Below, one piece after another: positions 11,702 through 22,998 of a stretch of 64,000 nt of DNA; the first letter of the stretch is position 1; each line of letters starts with the position of its first letter. This stretch comes from Minutocellus sp. GHC0000111. Lineage: Eukaryota. The notes beneath the pieces are model-generated. The model had not been told where the DNA came from. It did not search any database and saw nothing but the letters and a program-made list of their open reading frames with translations. Position numbers and translations under genes: made by a program. The stretch covers positions 3,224,001 through 3,288,000 of the forward strand of contig OZ361258.1 of assembly GCA_977018835.1 (NCBI GenBank), written 5' to 3'.

Positions 11702-13010
11702 CTAGAAAATGCCCAGGGCCGTGGTGATGGCAAATACAATGAAAAGGGATCCGCCGATGATGGAAATTGCCTTCTCCGAAATGTACTTGGAAATGTAAGC
11801 TCCACCAATCACAGCAATGCCAGTAGCGATGCCACTGTTGATTATATTGAAATGTAAAGAAAGTTAGAGACAAACCAGGGATATATCGACGACACATTAA
11901 TCATCCTTGAGGTAAAACAAAACTTCAGGGGAGTATAATATAAATCAAAGAAACTCACTGCGCAGCAATTGATCCGGCGGCAACGGCAACAGGGTTCTGG
12001 GCAGCCGAAAGAGCAATGGTCGAAAGGAAGCTGCGGTCGCCAAATTCAGCAGCAAAGACGAGAGCAAAGGTCGACGCAATCTGCGTCAATGCGGTGGTCT
12101 TTTTTATGGTGTCACTCTCATTGACAGTCTCTTCTGCTTCTTCCAACTCTTCGTCCATGAAACTGGAACCCTCCCCATCCTCAAATGCCTCGGCCAAGAT
12201 CTTGATACCAAAGAAAAGGAAGGCCGCGGCAGCCGCAATATCATCGAGGGGCAATCCCTGCGACAAACCACTTGGCACAGCATGGAAGATCTGACCGATG
12301 AGCACAGCCAAAATGGTCATGACGGCCAGGGCGCCCAAACTACCCACGAACGAAACAAATCTCGACAACTTGGCAGCCAACAAACCGGCAACAAAGAATG
12401 TTTTGTCTCCAATCTCCGAAAGAAACACCAAACTGAAGGACTGGTAGAAACCCGAATCGGAAAGCTGCTCCGACAACGTCGAGGCAGTGTCGATGGAACC
12501 ACCGACGATGCTACCGAGTTCGGCCACGGCGGCATGCGAGGCCTGGGGAAAAGCCGCAAGAGCCACGGCAGCCGTCGTAGCGACACCAACAGGAACAATA
12601 TTGCGCCGAATGAACTTGAGCGGTCCAGCAGGAGGCTGCGATGCCACGATGTCTTCCACTTCCTTGTTTTGCAGAGGCTTGGCATACATGCTACTGCCGC
12701 TGCGACTCCGGCTGAAATTTATGTTCGTGCTGGAATCCAAATAGTTGACGGCATTGAAAGGAGATACCACAAACGCATTGTGGATGCCAACGGGACTCCC
12801 GGTGCTGCAAATGATAGAGATGATTGGGGAGGAGGACGTGAGGCACAAATCAAATAAATCAGCAACTTTTCAAAAAGCCAGCACGTGTCGTGCTGGTTTC
12901 ACTAAAATTGAGGCAACACAAACTCACCTGAAACCCTCTACAGAGGGCGAGAGAGCAGCGAGCAGCAGTGCCGCCGCCGCCAAGGCCGTCCGTACCTGCT
13001 TCATCATCAT
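11702..13010 (-). CDS. GDT1/TMEM165 (UPF0016) Mn2+/Ca2+ transporter, plastid-targeted (PAM71-like)
   Basis: EIGDKT and EFGDRS motifs. Three exons: 13010-12928, 12804-11959, 11834-11702, with GT-AG introns in frame. Signal peptide [27 protein letters not shown] followed by a Ser-rich transit-like region. Confidence 0.9.
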
Positions 13011-13302
13011 CTTGGTTGGCTCAAAATGGCAGTGCCTGGTTGGCTGACGTCAGATTTCTCCTAACGTGCATTCTAATGTCCCATGTCCCTCGTGCGTCAT
13101 TTCACCACGCCACAACTTGAAGACGAAAACTGCGGGAGGCAAACAACCACCAAGGCAGCGAGAGCAACCAGAGCGAGGTTCGCAGAGAAGTTGTCGCCTA
13201 TTCCTTCGAGTTCCACAACTCTTCACCCGTTCGTATCTTGATAATTTGTGGCATTTGCTTCGCCGAGAAAATATCCCCCCAAAATAAATATTTTATCGAA
13301 AT

Positions 13303-14776
13303 ATGATGCCGACACGAGAAAGACGACGACGAGGAGGAGGCGGCGGTCTGGCCCTGGGCCTTGGGCTGGCCCTCGGCGTCGTCATGACCACCATGCTCCC
13401 CATCCCAACCAATGCATTCGCACCGTCGTCATCGGCGCGGCATGTACTCGCCAGCTCTCAAAATATCGGCTCGGTGTCGTCCTCTTCGGCATTTCTGGGC
13501 TCTGGTCGGTTCCGTGTGGCAACGCCTCGGTCGGCACCCAACAGACGGAAAGAAAGCGGCATGTCCATGTTCCTCGGACAAGACAGCGGCATCCTCGGCG
13601 TCGGTGCTCCGGAGATTGTAAGTCGTTTTTGCGATAATATTCTTCCGAGTGATTGGATGTTGATTATTATTTTCTTATTTGACCGTTCCTAACACCTCGC
13701 CTTTTCCACACGCAAACACACATCAGGCCGTAATTGTTCTGGTGGGTTACTTCATCCTGGGCCCTACCGAACTGTACAAGCTGACCAAGGAGATTGGCAA
13801 AACCATTCAAAATTTCCGAAGTCTCTCGACGGAGGCCTCCAAGTCGTTCGAATCCACCATGGAGAATCAGCTCGAGCTGGACGAACTGCGCAAGGCCCAG
13901 CGCGAGTTGAACGATGCCTTTAGCTTTCGGAGGAGTATCAATACCGATGAGGTGAGCGACTTCAATGAGGTGGTGCAGCCATCCGAGGCGGAGATTGCCG
14001 AGTCCGCGGCAGCGGCTGCCGGTGCGACTGGTGCGGCAGTTGGAACTGGAGCCGGAGCAGCCCCCAAGAAGCGCAAGGTCAAGAGACGGCGTGTGAGGAA
14101 GCAGCCGGAGGAGGCTGCACCACCGGTTGCCGCCGCAGCAACATCGGACGAAGCAGCAACCATGGCCGCGGCTGGATACGACACCACTGGATTGATGGAG
14201 AGCAACGTTCCCGATCTGGACATGTCGGATGCCTTCAAATCCGACGATGAGAAGCTGCGGGAGGAGCGCATGGCCCGATTGGCTGCTGGCAGTCAATCCT
14301 CGGAGGATAAGCCGGACTGGTTCGACGATCGTGGTTTGGACGAGCTCATGACGACGCCCAAAGCGGCATCCATGGACGAGGAAGCTAGCGCTGATGCAAA
14401 TGCCAATCCGTTTGATACCAGCGACCTGTGGTCGGACCAAGAGTCCAAGGCCGAAGAGCAGGAACGGTTCGCGGCCCAGCTGTCGGGCCAGTGGAACGAT
14501 TCCATCTTGGAGAACGAGGACAAGCTGGGACCGTTGGCCAAGATTATGGATCGGCTGGCGATATTGGAAGAAGAGAAGAAGGCCGCCGTGCTGCGCTTGG
14601 AGGAAGAATTCAAGATGCGGAACGAGCTGGAAGAAAAGTTTTACCAGGCCAAGAGGGAAGCGTTGGAGGAGGCGGCGGCCGAGGTTCAGGCGGATGCGTA
14701 TGCTGGCATGACGGCGGATGCGGCTGCTGGTGGTACTGGTGGAGACGAGGCAACGTCCGGACAGCAGATTAGCTAA
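13303..14776 (+). CDS. Plastid Tat translocase TatA/TatB (Hcf106-like) subunit with long acidic tail
   Basis: Signal peptide + TNA|FAP presequence; GILGVGAPEI|AVIVLVGYFILGPTELYKLTKEIGK is the TatA/B TM + amphipathic helix; intron 13618..13726 joins ORFs 13303 and 13679 in frame. Confidence 0.85.
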
Positions 14777-14989
14777 ATTCTATATATCAAGATACTAGTA
14801 CATGTATGTATACCATGTCAATGCAAAATCAGAATGCATGGATGGCAAAGTTAGAAAGTGAGCTCGAACGGAACGCCAGTCCACTTGACTTCTGCTTTGA
14901 CTTTGTGGGTCGGATTTGACTCGCTCGACTGATTGTTCTAAATCGCTCCCGCTCCCGCGCACAGCACCGCATCACTACTACTAGTACTA

Positions 14990-15851
14990 CGGACAAAAAA
15001 TCATAGTGCTCCCCAGAAGAACCGAATTTTCCCATAGGAGAATCACTCATCTTCAACCAAGTTCGTCCTCCAACGCGGACGAAAGCAAGCGACAATCGAC
15101 GCTCCTTTTCGGAAGCAACAATGGCCATCGAAGCCAATTTCCAGCATGCCGCGACCACCGCGAAAGGTTTTTCGACGCGTGTCTGTGGTTGGTTGTTGTG
15201 ATTTTTATTTTTTGGCTCGAGAAAATCAAATTGACACATCTTGTGCCGCTTTTTCATGACTTCTTTGTGCTTGCCGATCGATTTTTTAACATCCCATGCT
15301 CTGATTTCGATCGGACCAAGACGGAACACGTGCCAAGAGACATGTTGACAAGCGATCCACAAAGCATCGCCTTTGGATTCATCCGACAGCGCCCGTCGTC
15401 GTTGCCTCTTTTTGTCACATCATCGGCTCGAAAATGAGATGGAAACAGGCCAAAATTAGTGGCTGAACGAATTTTTACATAAATTTATTGTGGTGCTAGT
15501 GGATTCATTTTATCCAAAAAATCGTATCTTGTGCACAATTTCTGCTCTTGGGAAAGCTCTTCACAACACTCTTGAACATGCAACCGAGGCTTTTGATGAT
15601 GCGGAATCGAATGATCATGGTTTGACCATTCGGCAGTTTCTTCAGGAACACGTCAAATCTGGCTCAGAAACCCCCCCCCCCGCATCTTGAGTTTTCGGTC
15701 AATTTGGAGCCCTTCTCGCCTGATTTGGAGCGTGGTCAAACGTTCATTCGATTCCTCATGAAATTTTCAATAAGTCTCATGCGGAGAGTTTTGCGCTAGA
15801 GTTTGTGTGGGAGATAGAAAACGCTCAGGTATGTTCAAAAGTTTTTGTCCG
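14990..15851. mobile_element. Non-autonomous TIR element (MITE), ~860 bp, TA-flanked
   Basis: Termini cggacaaaaa ... tttttgtccg; the symmetry extends to tactacggacaaaaa / tttttgtccgtagta; TA at 14988-14989 and 15852-15853; non-coding interior; ends 79 bp upstream of the CBP/p300 ATG. Confidence 0.7.
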
Positions 15852-15930
15852 TAGTAGATCAGCCAGACTTCTCATTTTTGTCCGGAAGCAACTCTGCCTC
15901 AAAGCCCTTGGTAGCCATCCCTTGGTAGCC

Positions 15931-18900
15931 ATGGCCGTCGAGCGGCGATCGTCGTCCCGCCGGCGGCGTTCCACGAATGGAAACACCGCCGGCAACAAGC
16001 GCAAGGCTGCATCGTTGAGCAAGGCCGAGGAGGAGGGGGGCATAAGTGACGACATCAATATCAATAATAACAATAACAATAATATGTGCGGCAGAGGCAG
16101 TGGGGAGGAGCACGAGCGGCCGGAACCGCCGGCACAAGCCGAGACGAGCACCTGCACGAACGGCGGCGGCGGCGGCGGCGCAAATACTGCCGGTACTGCC
16201 AACCACCAGGAAGAGGAAGTTGGGGAGACTGCTGGAGGGAGCTCGGCGGCGACTGCTGCTGGTGCAGATGGAGGCGAAACTACTACATGTGTAACTGCTG
16301 CTGGGATCGGTCGTGATTTGTCGTCGCTGTGTTCAGACGTGCAGCAGCAAGAGCAGCAGCAGCAGGCAGCTCACGAAGGCAAGGCAGCAGAAAAGGAGCG
16401 ACAAGACTATTGTGACGGCGACGATGTCAAGACGGAGCATTCGGCAGGTGGCGGTAACGCTGACGGTGTGGCGACCGATGCTGATGGTGCGGCCGTTGCC
16501 AATTCAGACTCGAAGGCGGCACAAACACAACAAACACAAGAAGCACAAACCGCACGAACACCCGAAGCACAACTGATGCCGAACCCGCTGCACGCCTCCC
16601 CCTCCCTCCTCCGCCAGCACATCCGGTCCCTTCGACTGGATCACACGCTTTTGCCCCTCCGTCCCATACTGAGCCGTCTCATGTCCCACCCGACCTACAA
16701 TCGACGCGGCACCTTCAACAGCCCGGTGGACGCGGACAAGTTGGGGTTGGTCGATTATCACTCCATCATTACGCGGCCGATGGATCTGGGCACCATTAAA
16801 GCCAGGTTGTTTGTCAATGCCTACGGCGGTGGTGGATGTTGTGATGGTGGTGGGTGTGGAAATGTTGATAACGGAGGAGAAGGTTCCGATAACGCCATCG
16901 AAATTGACGTCGACGCCTACCGGTGCCATCCCGACGCGGTGGCCAACGACATTCGGCTGACCTTTCGGAATGCCCTGCGGTACAATCCCCCCTCCCACCC
17001 GGTCCACGAGGCGGCCCGGAATCTGTGGACCATGTTCGAGGACTGGTATGCGGCAAGTTATGCCGCGTTGGGGATCGACGTCGGTCCTCCCGTTCTGCCG
17101 CCTCCGTTGAAGCAAAAGAACAAGGGTGCGGACGACAGTGTTGGATTGGACAATGGGGGTGCGGTCGGGATGACTGCGGCGGCAGGTGCTGCAACTGCAT
17201 CTACTGGTATGGCCACAGCTGCATCACCGATGGGAGGTGGATCGCTTCAGAGGCGCGAGTGGGACATGTCCTTTGGCAACATTGGAGACGTCGCCTCGGC
17301 CGGCAATCGGGGCACCGGGAAGCGATTTCGGTACGTACAGGCCCCGACGCCGCAACCACCGCCAAAGACTTTGGCGGAGGCAGTGCCAACGGCACCAGTG
17401 TTGGCGTCAGCAGCAGCGCCAGCAGCAGTGCCAAACCCTCTCAACCCTGCCGAGGCGGCGGCGGATTTGGCCTTGGCGGCGGCAAAAGTTCCTGCATCAT
17501 TGACTCCGTCACCGGAGGCTCCGGCCGCGGCAAAGGGAACAGCAGACGCTCTGGCCACAGCCGCCCCCATTGTATCCACACAAGCTCAATCTCAAGTCCA
17601 AGCTCCACCTCACGCTCAAGGCGAGATCCGAGCGGTACCGCCTAACCAAACGCCGACTATCACGGCGGCATCGGCCAGCGCCGCGCGTCTGTCCAGGAAG
17701 GCGCCGCACTACTGCGCCTCGTGCCGGGGACGGACTTGCTCGCTGTGTCAGGGCAAGTGCCTGCCGCTCGAACCCACCCTCCTCATATGCAACGGCACCG
17801 GGTGCCGGGGGGCCAAGATCCGCAAGGGGGCGTGGTTCTACGCCGCCGCCGACGGGACCAAGCAGTGGTGCGCCAAGTGCTACGTTGGGCTGCCGTCTCT
17901 CATTCCCGATGAGCAAGATGCCGCGATGGGTTTGGGACTGCCCGGCAAGGCCAAGCGGGATCTGCTCAAGCGTCGCAATGACGAAGAAGTCGCGGAGCGG
18001 TGGGTGGACTGCACGAAATGTGGCCGAGGTTGCCATTCGATTTGTGCCATGCACGATGAGATTGTATCCGAGAGTAGTCGGCAGCCCTTTGTCTGTCCAC
18101 TGTGCAAGGTGGGAGACAGCAATAATGGTAATGATACTGGAAAGCGTTCCAAGTTGGGTTTTGACGCAAGCACCGACACTCCAGATGAACATGCCGATGC
18201 AAATGACGGTGGCGATGCAAACGGTAGAAGTCGTTACACATTTGTGTCGGGCAGTGACGATCCGATTCGCGTTGTGCCAAATCCGGTCGAAACCAAGTTT
18301 GATGCCAACTCTCTTCCGCCCTGCGCCATCTCGTTCTTCATCGAACGAAAGGTACAGGAGAGGATGGTCCAAGTCGGATGCCCTGCCAATGCCGAGAAGA
18401 CGTTGGTGGTTCGAGTCATTTCGGATTACGAGAAGGAATTTCCCGTCCCCGACATTGTTCGCCGGCACTTTCGCCTCGAGACGGTGGCAGAGGCCGAGGC
18501 CGGGGTCGAAGCAGAAGTGGCAAGTGCTGATAGCGGAGAGCGGGATACCATAACTGATACCAAGCCTTCTGCCGCTGCAGCCGCCGCCGCCGCTACCGCT
18601 GCAGTAGCAAGCCCAAGGCCCAAACGGCGAAGGACGTTGCTGCGAAGCTCCAGCTCCGTAGGTCATGACAGCGGAACGCCATTCGTTGCTCCGCCGGAGG
18701 TTGTCAAGTATCATTCCAAGACACTCGCGCTCTTTCAGCGAATTGATGGTGTCGACGTTTGCATCTTTTGCATGTATGTGCAAGAGTACGACGGGGACGA
18801 CGATATAGATGCTGCCGATGCCAGCACCGTGAAGCGTCAGCCCAAACGCGTTTACATTGCCTATTTGGACTCGGTGGGGCACTTTCGACCCCGTTCGTGT

Positions 18901-21357
18901 CGGACGGAGGTCTATCACGAGGTGCTGGTGGCCTACCTTGCGAGCGCTCGTGCAAGGGGCTACGAGACGGCTCATATTTGGGCCTGCCCTCCCGTCCGAG
19001 GCAATTCCTTCGTCTTTTGGAACCATCCGCAGAGCCAGCGCACGCCCTCTCGTGATCGTCTGATATCGTGGTACCATCACAGCCTCAGCCGTGCCATCGA
19101 GGCAGGGGTGGTTACGGATGTATCGAGTCTGTATGAGCACAGCTTCAAGCGACACGCCAAGCCTGAAATATCTTCGAACGATCGGTTACCGGATCCTACC
19201 TCGGAGGGTCACGATGAGACCGTCATGATTTGTCCGCCCATTCTCGATGGGGACATGTGGATCGAAGAGGCCGTCCGGCTGCATGGAGTCAACGTCGCCC
19301 GGCATCTGAAAAGTAGGACGTCTTTGTTTCGAGAAGAAGGAATCCCTGGACGACCCAATGTTCTCTCGAACGGCAATCCTTTGTCAACTGCCGCTGCCGC
19401 TGCCGCAGGCAATGTTGTGACTACTGCTGCGGGTGAAAACGGAGATGCTGTTGCCGCTCCATCCTCTACCACCAGTGCCTCGCTTTTGGCGCACGGCAAG
19501 TCAACTTGTCCCGCCATTCAGGTCGCCGATATGCTTCAGGATCATATCTTGACGCATGCATCGTCGGCTCCGTTCCGTCGGCCGGTCAACGCCGCCGCTC
19601 TAAAGCTCAAGGACTACCACACCATCATCACGAAGCCAATGGATCTAGGCACGGTCCATACGCAGACCGTCATGGGCGAGTATGATACACTGGAGCATTT
19701 GGTATCCGACGTCGAGCTTGTCTTTAGCAATGCCATGCGGTACAATCCCAAGGGCCACTTCGTACACAACATGGCGCTTGAAATGCAAAACTTGTTCTTT
19801 GAGAGACTCAATGAACTTGCCGAGATATGGAGTCACATTGGAGTTAGCCATTCTCTCATCTCTCATGGCGTTGGCGCTGATGGTAGCAATAGTAGTCCCG
19901 TTACAAATGGAGCAAAGAGCAACGGTAGTGGTGACCAAGGCAACTCCGAGACCAACTGGCAGCATTACAAGAGCATGAGTATGCGACTCAGTACCTTTTT
20001 GGATATCCCGCCCCCGTCTCCGAAGCGCGTGAAGGTTGAGATTGCAAACGAGGGCCTTGGGGCCGATAAATCCGTCGTTGTACCTGCAAGCTTTCCTCCA
20101 GTGCCAAATCCGCTGTTACCTGCCCTTGAAGATCAAGAGATGAAGGTCGGTGACGCTCTCCCGACCATTGCAGAAGCCGCACCTGAAGAGACATGCCCAC
20201 CGTTGATGGCCAAGCGACCTTTGGACAGCACTCCAGCTCTTGTCGAGGCGGTTGGCTCTATGCCGGCGCCTTCTCAAACGAAGGCCACTGGCATTGGCTC
20301 TGACATTATTACCGGCCAAGTGACCAAAGAAGGCGGAGATGCCGGGCCTGTTGCTGACAATGCAGCCATCAACCAACCTCCGGGTCAATCTTCTGACGGA
20401 AAGAAGCGAGATGCTGCTGGTGCCGAGGGCCAGAATGATTCCTCAGAGCCACAGCCCAAGAAAGCAAAGCCGTCAAGTCCCAAACAGCAGCCCCCAAAGG
20501 CAAGGACGCCTCCACCGATGCTGGATCTGCTCACCGGTGGTGCCGAATCCGTTGCAAGAAAGATGGTCGGGGAAGATTATTGGCTTTTTGATAAGTCAAC
20601 CATCCAGGCAACAAAGACGGCAAAGAGTAAGGGCAGGAATAAGAAGAAGCGGAAGAAGGGCGCTCCAAGCAAAGGAAAGTCCAACTTGGATGTCGAGATT
20701 GACACAACCACACGCAAACGGAGGGAGTCCTGGCTCGGCGACGACGTCGGCATTACCATTCGAAAGATGAGGCGCGACTTCTTTGTCTGTACCTTGATAC
20801 CGACGGCAAGTTCAGGAGGTGAGAAGGCGCAACACACCTCGCCGTTTGCGGAGTATGCGGCAGGATTTGATCTTTCGTACAAGCACGGCAGCGCCGAGCA
20901 TACGCCTGGCGATGTGACCCCCGGTCTCGCCGATGCCAGGTACGCCCTCCTCGAACTTTTGCAGCAACGCAATCTGGAATTCAACACTCTTCGCAAGGCC
21001 AAGCACAGTACCGCCGTTATTCTCTACTACCTGCACAACAAGAATGCCCCGGGCCTCATCCCGGTGTGTTCCTCCTGCAAGCAGGATATTTGTCATCTCC
21101 GCTGGCACCGCATCAAGAAACCATCGTCCGGGCAGAGGCGCCGCAGTCTTTCGTTCGGCCGGCCGGTCGTCGCTACCAGCGTCCCCGGGGTTACGTCCGT
21201 GGCCCTACCGCCTGCTCCAGCCCCTGCGCCCGCATCAGGCTCGGGCCTCGATGAAACTGGCAAGGAAGACACTGATTTATGCCAAAGCTGTTACGCTGGA
21301 TCCAAGTCAAAAAATGACTACATCCCCGTTAGAATTACATTCGAAAGGTCCGGATAG
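15931..21357 (+). CDS. CBP/p300-type (KAT11) histone acetyltransferase with two bromodomains, RING/PHD-like Cys-rich region and degenerate ZZ-like end
   Basis: Bromodomain motifs (FNSPVD..DYHSIITRPMDLGTI; FRRPVNAAALKLKDYHTIITKPMDLGTV); HAT motifs YVQEYD, RVYIAYLDSV, HIWACPP, RLISWY, EFNTLRKAKHST. ATG 15931 chosen because ORF start 15805 lies within the MITE. Confidence 0.93.
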   Translation: MAVERRSSSRRRRSTNGNTAGNKRKAASLSKAEEEGGISDDININNNNNNNMCGRGSGEEHERPEPPAQAETSTCTNGGGGGGANTAGTANHQEEEVGETAGGSSAATAAGADGGETTTCVTAAGIGRDLSSLCSDVQQQEQQQQAAHEGKAAEKERQDYCDGDDVKTEHSAGGGNADGVATDADGAAVANSDSKAAQTQQTQEAQTARTPEAQLMPNPLHASPSLLRQHIRSLRLDHTLLPLRPILSRLMSHPTYNRRGTFNSPVDADKLGLVDYHSIITRPMDLGTIKARLFVNAYGGGGCCDGGGCGNVDNGGEGSDNAIEIDVDAYRCHPDAVANDIRLTFRNALRYNPPSHPVHEAARNLWTMFEDWYAASYAALGIDVGPPVLPPPLKQKNKGADDSVGLDNGGAVGMTAAAGAATASTGMATAASPMGGGSLQRREWDMSFGNIGDVASAGNRGTGKRFRYVQAPTPQPPPKTLAEAVPTAPVLASAAAPAAVPNPLNPAEAAADLALAAAKVPASLTPSPEAPAAAKGTADALATAAPIVSTQAQSQVQAPPHAQGEIRAVPPNQTPTITAASASAARLSRKAPHYCASCRGRTCSLCQGKCLPLEPTLLICNGTGCRGAKIRKGAWFYAAADGTKQWCAKCYVGLPSLIPDEQDAAMGLGLPGKAKRDLLKRRNDEEVAERWVDCTKCGRGCHSICAMHDEIVSESSRQPFVCPLCKVGDSNNGNDTGKRSKLGFDASTDTPDEHADANDGGDANGRSRYTFVSGSDDPIRVVPNPVETKFDANSLPPCAISFFIERKVQERMVQVGCPANAEKTLVVRVISDYEKEFPVPDIVRRHFRLETVAEAEAGVEAEVASADSGERDTITDTKPSAAAAAAAATAAVASPRPKRRRTLLRSSSSVGHDSGTPFVAPPEVVKYHSKTLALFQRIDGVDVCIFCMYVQEYDGDDDIDAADASTVKRQPKRVYIAYLDSVGHFRPRSCRTEVYHEVLVAYLASARARGYETAHIWACPPVRGNSFVFWNHPQSQRTPSRDRLISWYHHSLSRAIEAGVVTDVSSLYEHSFKRHAKPEISSNDRLPDPTSEGHDETVMICPPILDGDMWIEEAVRLHGVNVARHLKSRTSLFREEGIPGRPNVLSNGNPLSTAAAAAAGNVVTTAAGENGDAVAAPSSTTSASLLAHGKSTCPAIQVADMLQDHILTHASSAPFRRPVNAAALKLKDYHTIITKPMDLGTVHTQTVMGEYDTLEHLVSDVELVFSNAMRYNPKGHFVHNMALEMQNLFFERLNELAEIWSHIGVSHSLISHGVGADGSNSSPVTNGAKSNGSGDQGNSETNWQHYKSMSMRLSTFLDIPPPSPKRVKVEIANEGLGADKSVVVPASFPPVPNPLLPALEDQEMKVGDALPTIAEAAPEETCPPLMAKRPLDSTPALVEAVGSMPAPSQTKATGIGSDIITGQVTKEGGDAGPVADNAAINQPPGQSSDGKKRDAAGAEGQNDSSEPQPKKAKPSSPKQQPPKARTPPPMLDLLTGGAESVARKMVGEDYWLFDKSTIQATKTAKSKGRNKKKRKKGAPSKGKSNLDVEIDTTTRKRRESWLGDDVGITIRKMRRDFFVCTLIPTASSGGEKAQHTSPFAEYAAGFDLSYKHGSAEHTPGDVTPGLADARYALLELLQQRNLEFNTLRKAKHSTAVILYYLHNKNAPGLIPVCSSCKQDICHLRWHRIKKPSSGQRRRSLSFGRPVVATSVPGVTSVALPPAPAPAPASGSGLDETGKEDTDLCQSCYAGSKSKNDYIPVRITFERSG

Positions 21358-21648
21358 AGATCAAATTACATTAGTGCACATACATGATAATCTAGACTTT
21401 TCCTTGCTATAGATACTCTGCTTTACACGCATAGCTGTTCGTTATTGGATCTACAATTTTACGTAGCGTAGCGATGAACTACTGGAGAGAAAGCACGAGG
21501 TTGCACTCTCCTTCGCATGTATCTCCTTCGCATGTATCTTATTAGATCCGATTTCTTTTCCGCCCGTTTGTTCTTCGTTCCTGTTTCCTATCTGCTCGTC
21601 TGTTCTGAATCAAACTCACAACCAAACATGCCGGTTGTCACAACCATA

Positions 21649-22998
21649 CTACCGACCACCCTTTCGTCCGGCGGCGTTGGCACCACCCGAGCCACCGGCC
21701 CTTCTCCGACTGCTCCGCCCACTCCGCGACCCACTACCGGAAGCACCGGCCCGATCCTCCGGCAGGGCATCGTGGTTCCGATGGTACAGACTACTCTGAT
21801 GAATCTTAAAGCCGTAGACCCGAGGACGGTACTGCTGGGTGGGCTTGTTGGGGATGAGGTCGGGATGGGTCATCAAAAACAGATGGGGGAAGGTGGTGCC
21901 ATAGTAGGCCCCGTCGACGTTGGCCTGTCGGGTGGATTTGGGAAAGTACAGTCCGTGACATCGCGGACAAAAGACGTTGACGGTGTAGTTGCGGGGCAGG
22001 TCGGAAAGGCCGACGGGCAGGACGGGCTGGCCTTGACAAAAGACGTGCGGACATCGGCCGAAGGACGCCGTCCGGTACTTTTCGTACATGGCGTGCATGC
22101 CGCGGTTGGTCACGATGTATCGGGCGTGGATGAGGCCATACAGCATCTCGGCGGCACTTTCGACGATCTCCTGCTGCTCTTCGGTGAGGGAGTCCTCCAT
22201 GGGTATCTCTACGTCGAGGACCACGTCGAGGGCGTAGTCGTAGTAGGGCACCAGGCCGTTGAGGCCGGTGAGGTTAAAGGCGTCCTGGATGTAATCCTCG
22301 TCGACCTCACAGAAGAATTCATTTCCGCGGAGGGAGCAGAACCACGAGATCCACGATCCGTCCTCGTCGGAGCCCGACATTTCGGAGGATTCCTCCTCCT
22401 CCTCCTCTTCTTCTTCTTCCTCCTCTTCACCCCCTTCCTCCGCGGCCGCCGCAGCCACCGCAGACGTAGCGGCCGCCTCTCGTGCCTGCCGTTCGGTTTC
22501 TGCTGCTGCGTCTTTTTCCGCTTGCGCAGTGGCCGCAGGAGTCTGGGCCTGAGTCTGAGTCTTTGTCTGTGCTTTGGCCTGGGCCTGCATGGATTCCGGA
22601 CCGCCGGCTCCGCCTTTTGCAGAGTGCTGCGCCTGCAATTTGTGCAACGCGTCGGAAGCGGCCTTGGCGGCAATTTCCGCATCGGTCATTGCTGCAGCTG
22701 TACTAGTAGCGGTGCCGCTATTTTCATCGGCGGCGCCGCCGTTCGCCGCAGCCGCGGAGTCATTGTTGTTATCCTGCAGAGACAGCCGTTCCATACCCCC
22801 TAGATCAGCCGTATCTTTGTCGTTATTTGCATTCGAATTATATCCTGTATTATCACCCCCAGAATTACCTCCGGTACTTCCATTCATGTTGGCGATATCT
22901 TCAGATGCCTTGTCGTTATTAGTAGTGGCAATGCCGACTCCCGGGGCGCCGGCCGACGACTCTGCCTCGGCGGTACCGCCGGTCTCGTCCTTGGTCAT
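21649..22998 (-). CDS. CKB: Casein kinase II regulatory subunit beta with long low-complexity N-terminal extension
   Basis: [56 protein letters not shown] zinc ribbon, [13 protein letters not shown]. Exact start uncertain. Confidence 0.95.
   Translation of the reverse strand: MTKDETGGTAEAESSAGAPGVGIATTNNDKASEDIANMNGSTGGNSGGDNTGYNSNANNDKDTADLGGMERLSLQDNNNDSAAAANGGAADENSGTATSTAAAMTDAEIAAKAASDALHKLQAQHSAKGGAGGPESMQAQAKAQTKTQTQAQTPAATAQAEKDAAAETERQAREAAATSAVAAAAAEEGGEEEEEEEEEEEEESSEMSGSDEDGSWISWFCSLRGNEFFCEVDEDYIQDAFNLTGLNGLVPYYDYALDVVLDVEIPMEDSLTEEQQEIVESAAEMLYGLIHARYIVTNRGMHAMYEKYRTASFGRCPHVFCQGQPVLPVGLSDLPRNYTVNVFCPRCHGLYFPKSTRQANVDGAYYGTTFPHLFLMTHPDLIPNKPTQQYRPRVYGFKIHQSSLYHRNHDALPEDRAGASGSGSRSGRSSRRRAGGSGGANAAGRKGGR

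Noticed and set aside
15905..15933. 14-bp tandem duplication cccttggtagccat at the HAT start as a target-site duplication
   Set aside because: Copies are adjacent with nothing between them and do not flank the MITE; simple local duplication.
19240..19265. Possible catalytically dead p300 (PILDGDMW versus PYFEGDFW)
   Set aside because: The key catalytic residues are retained in YLDSV, HIWACPP and RLISWY.
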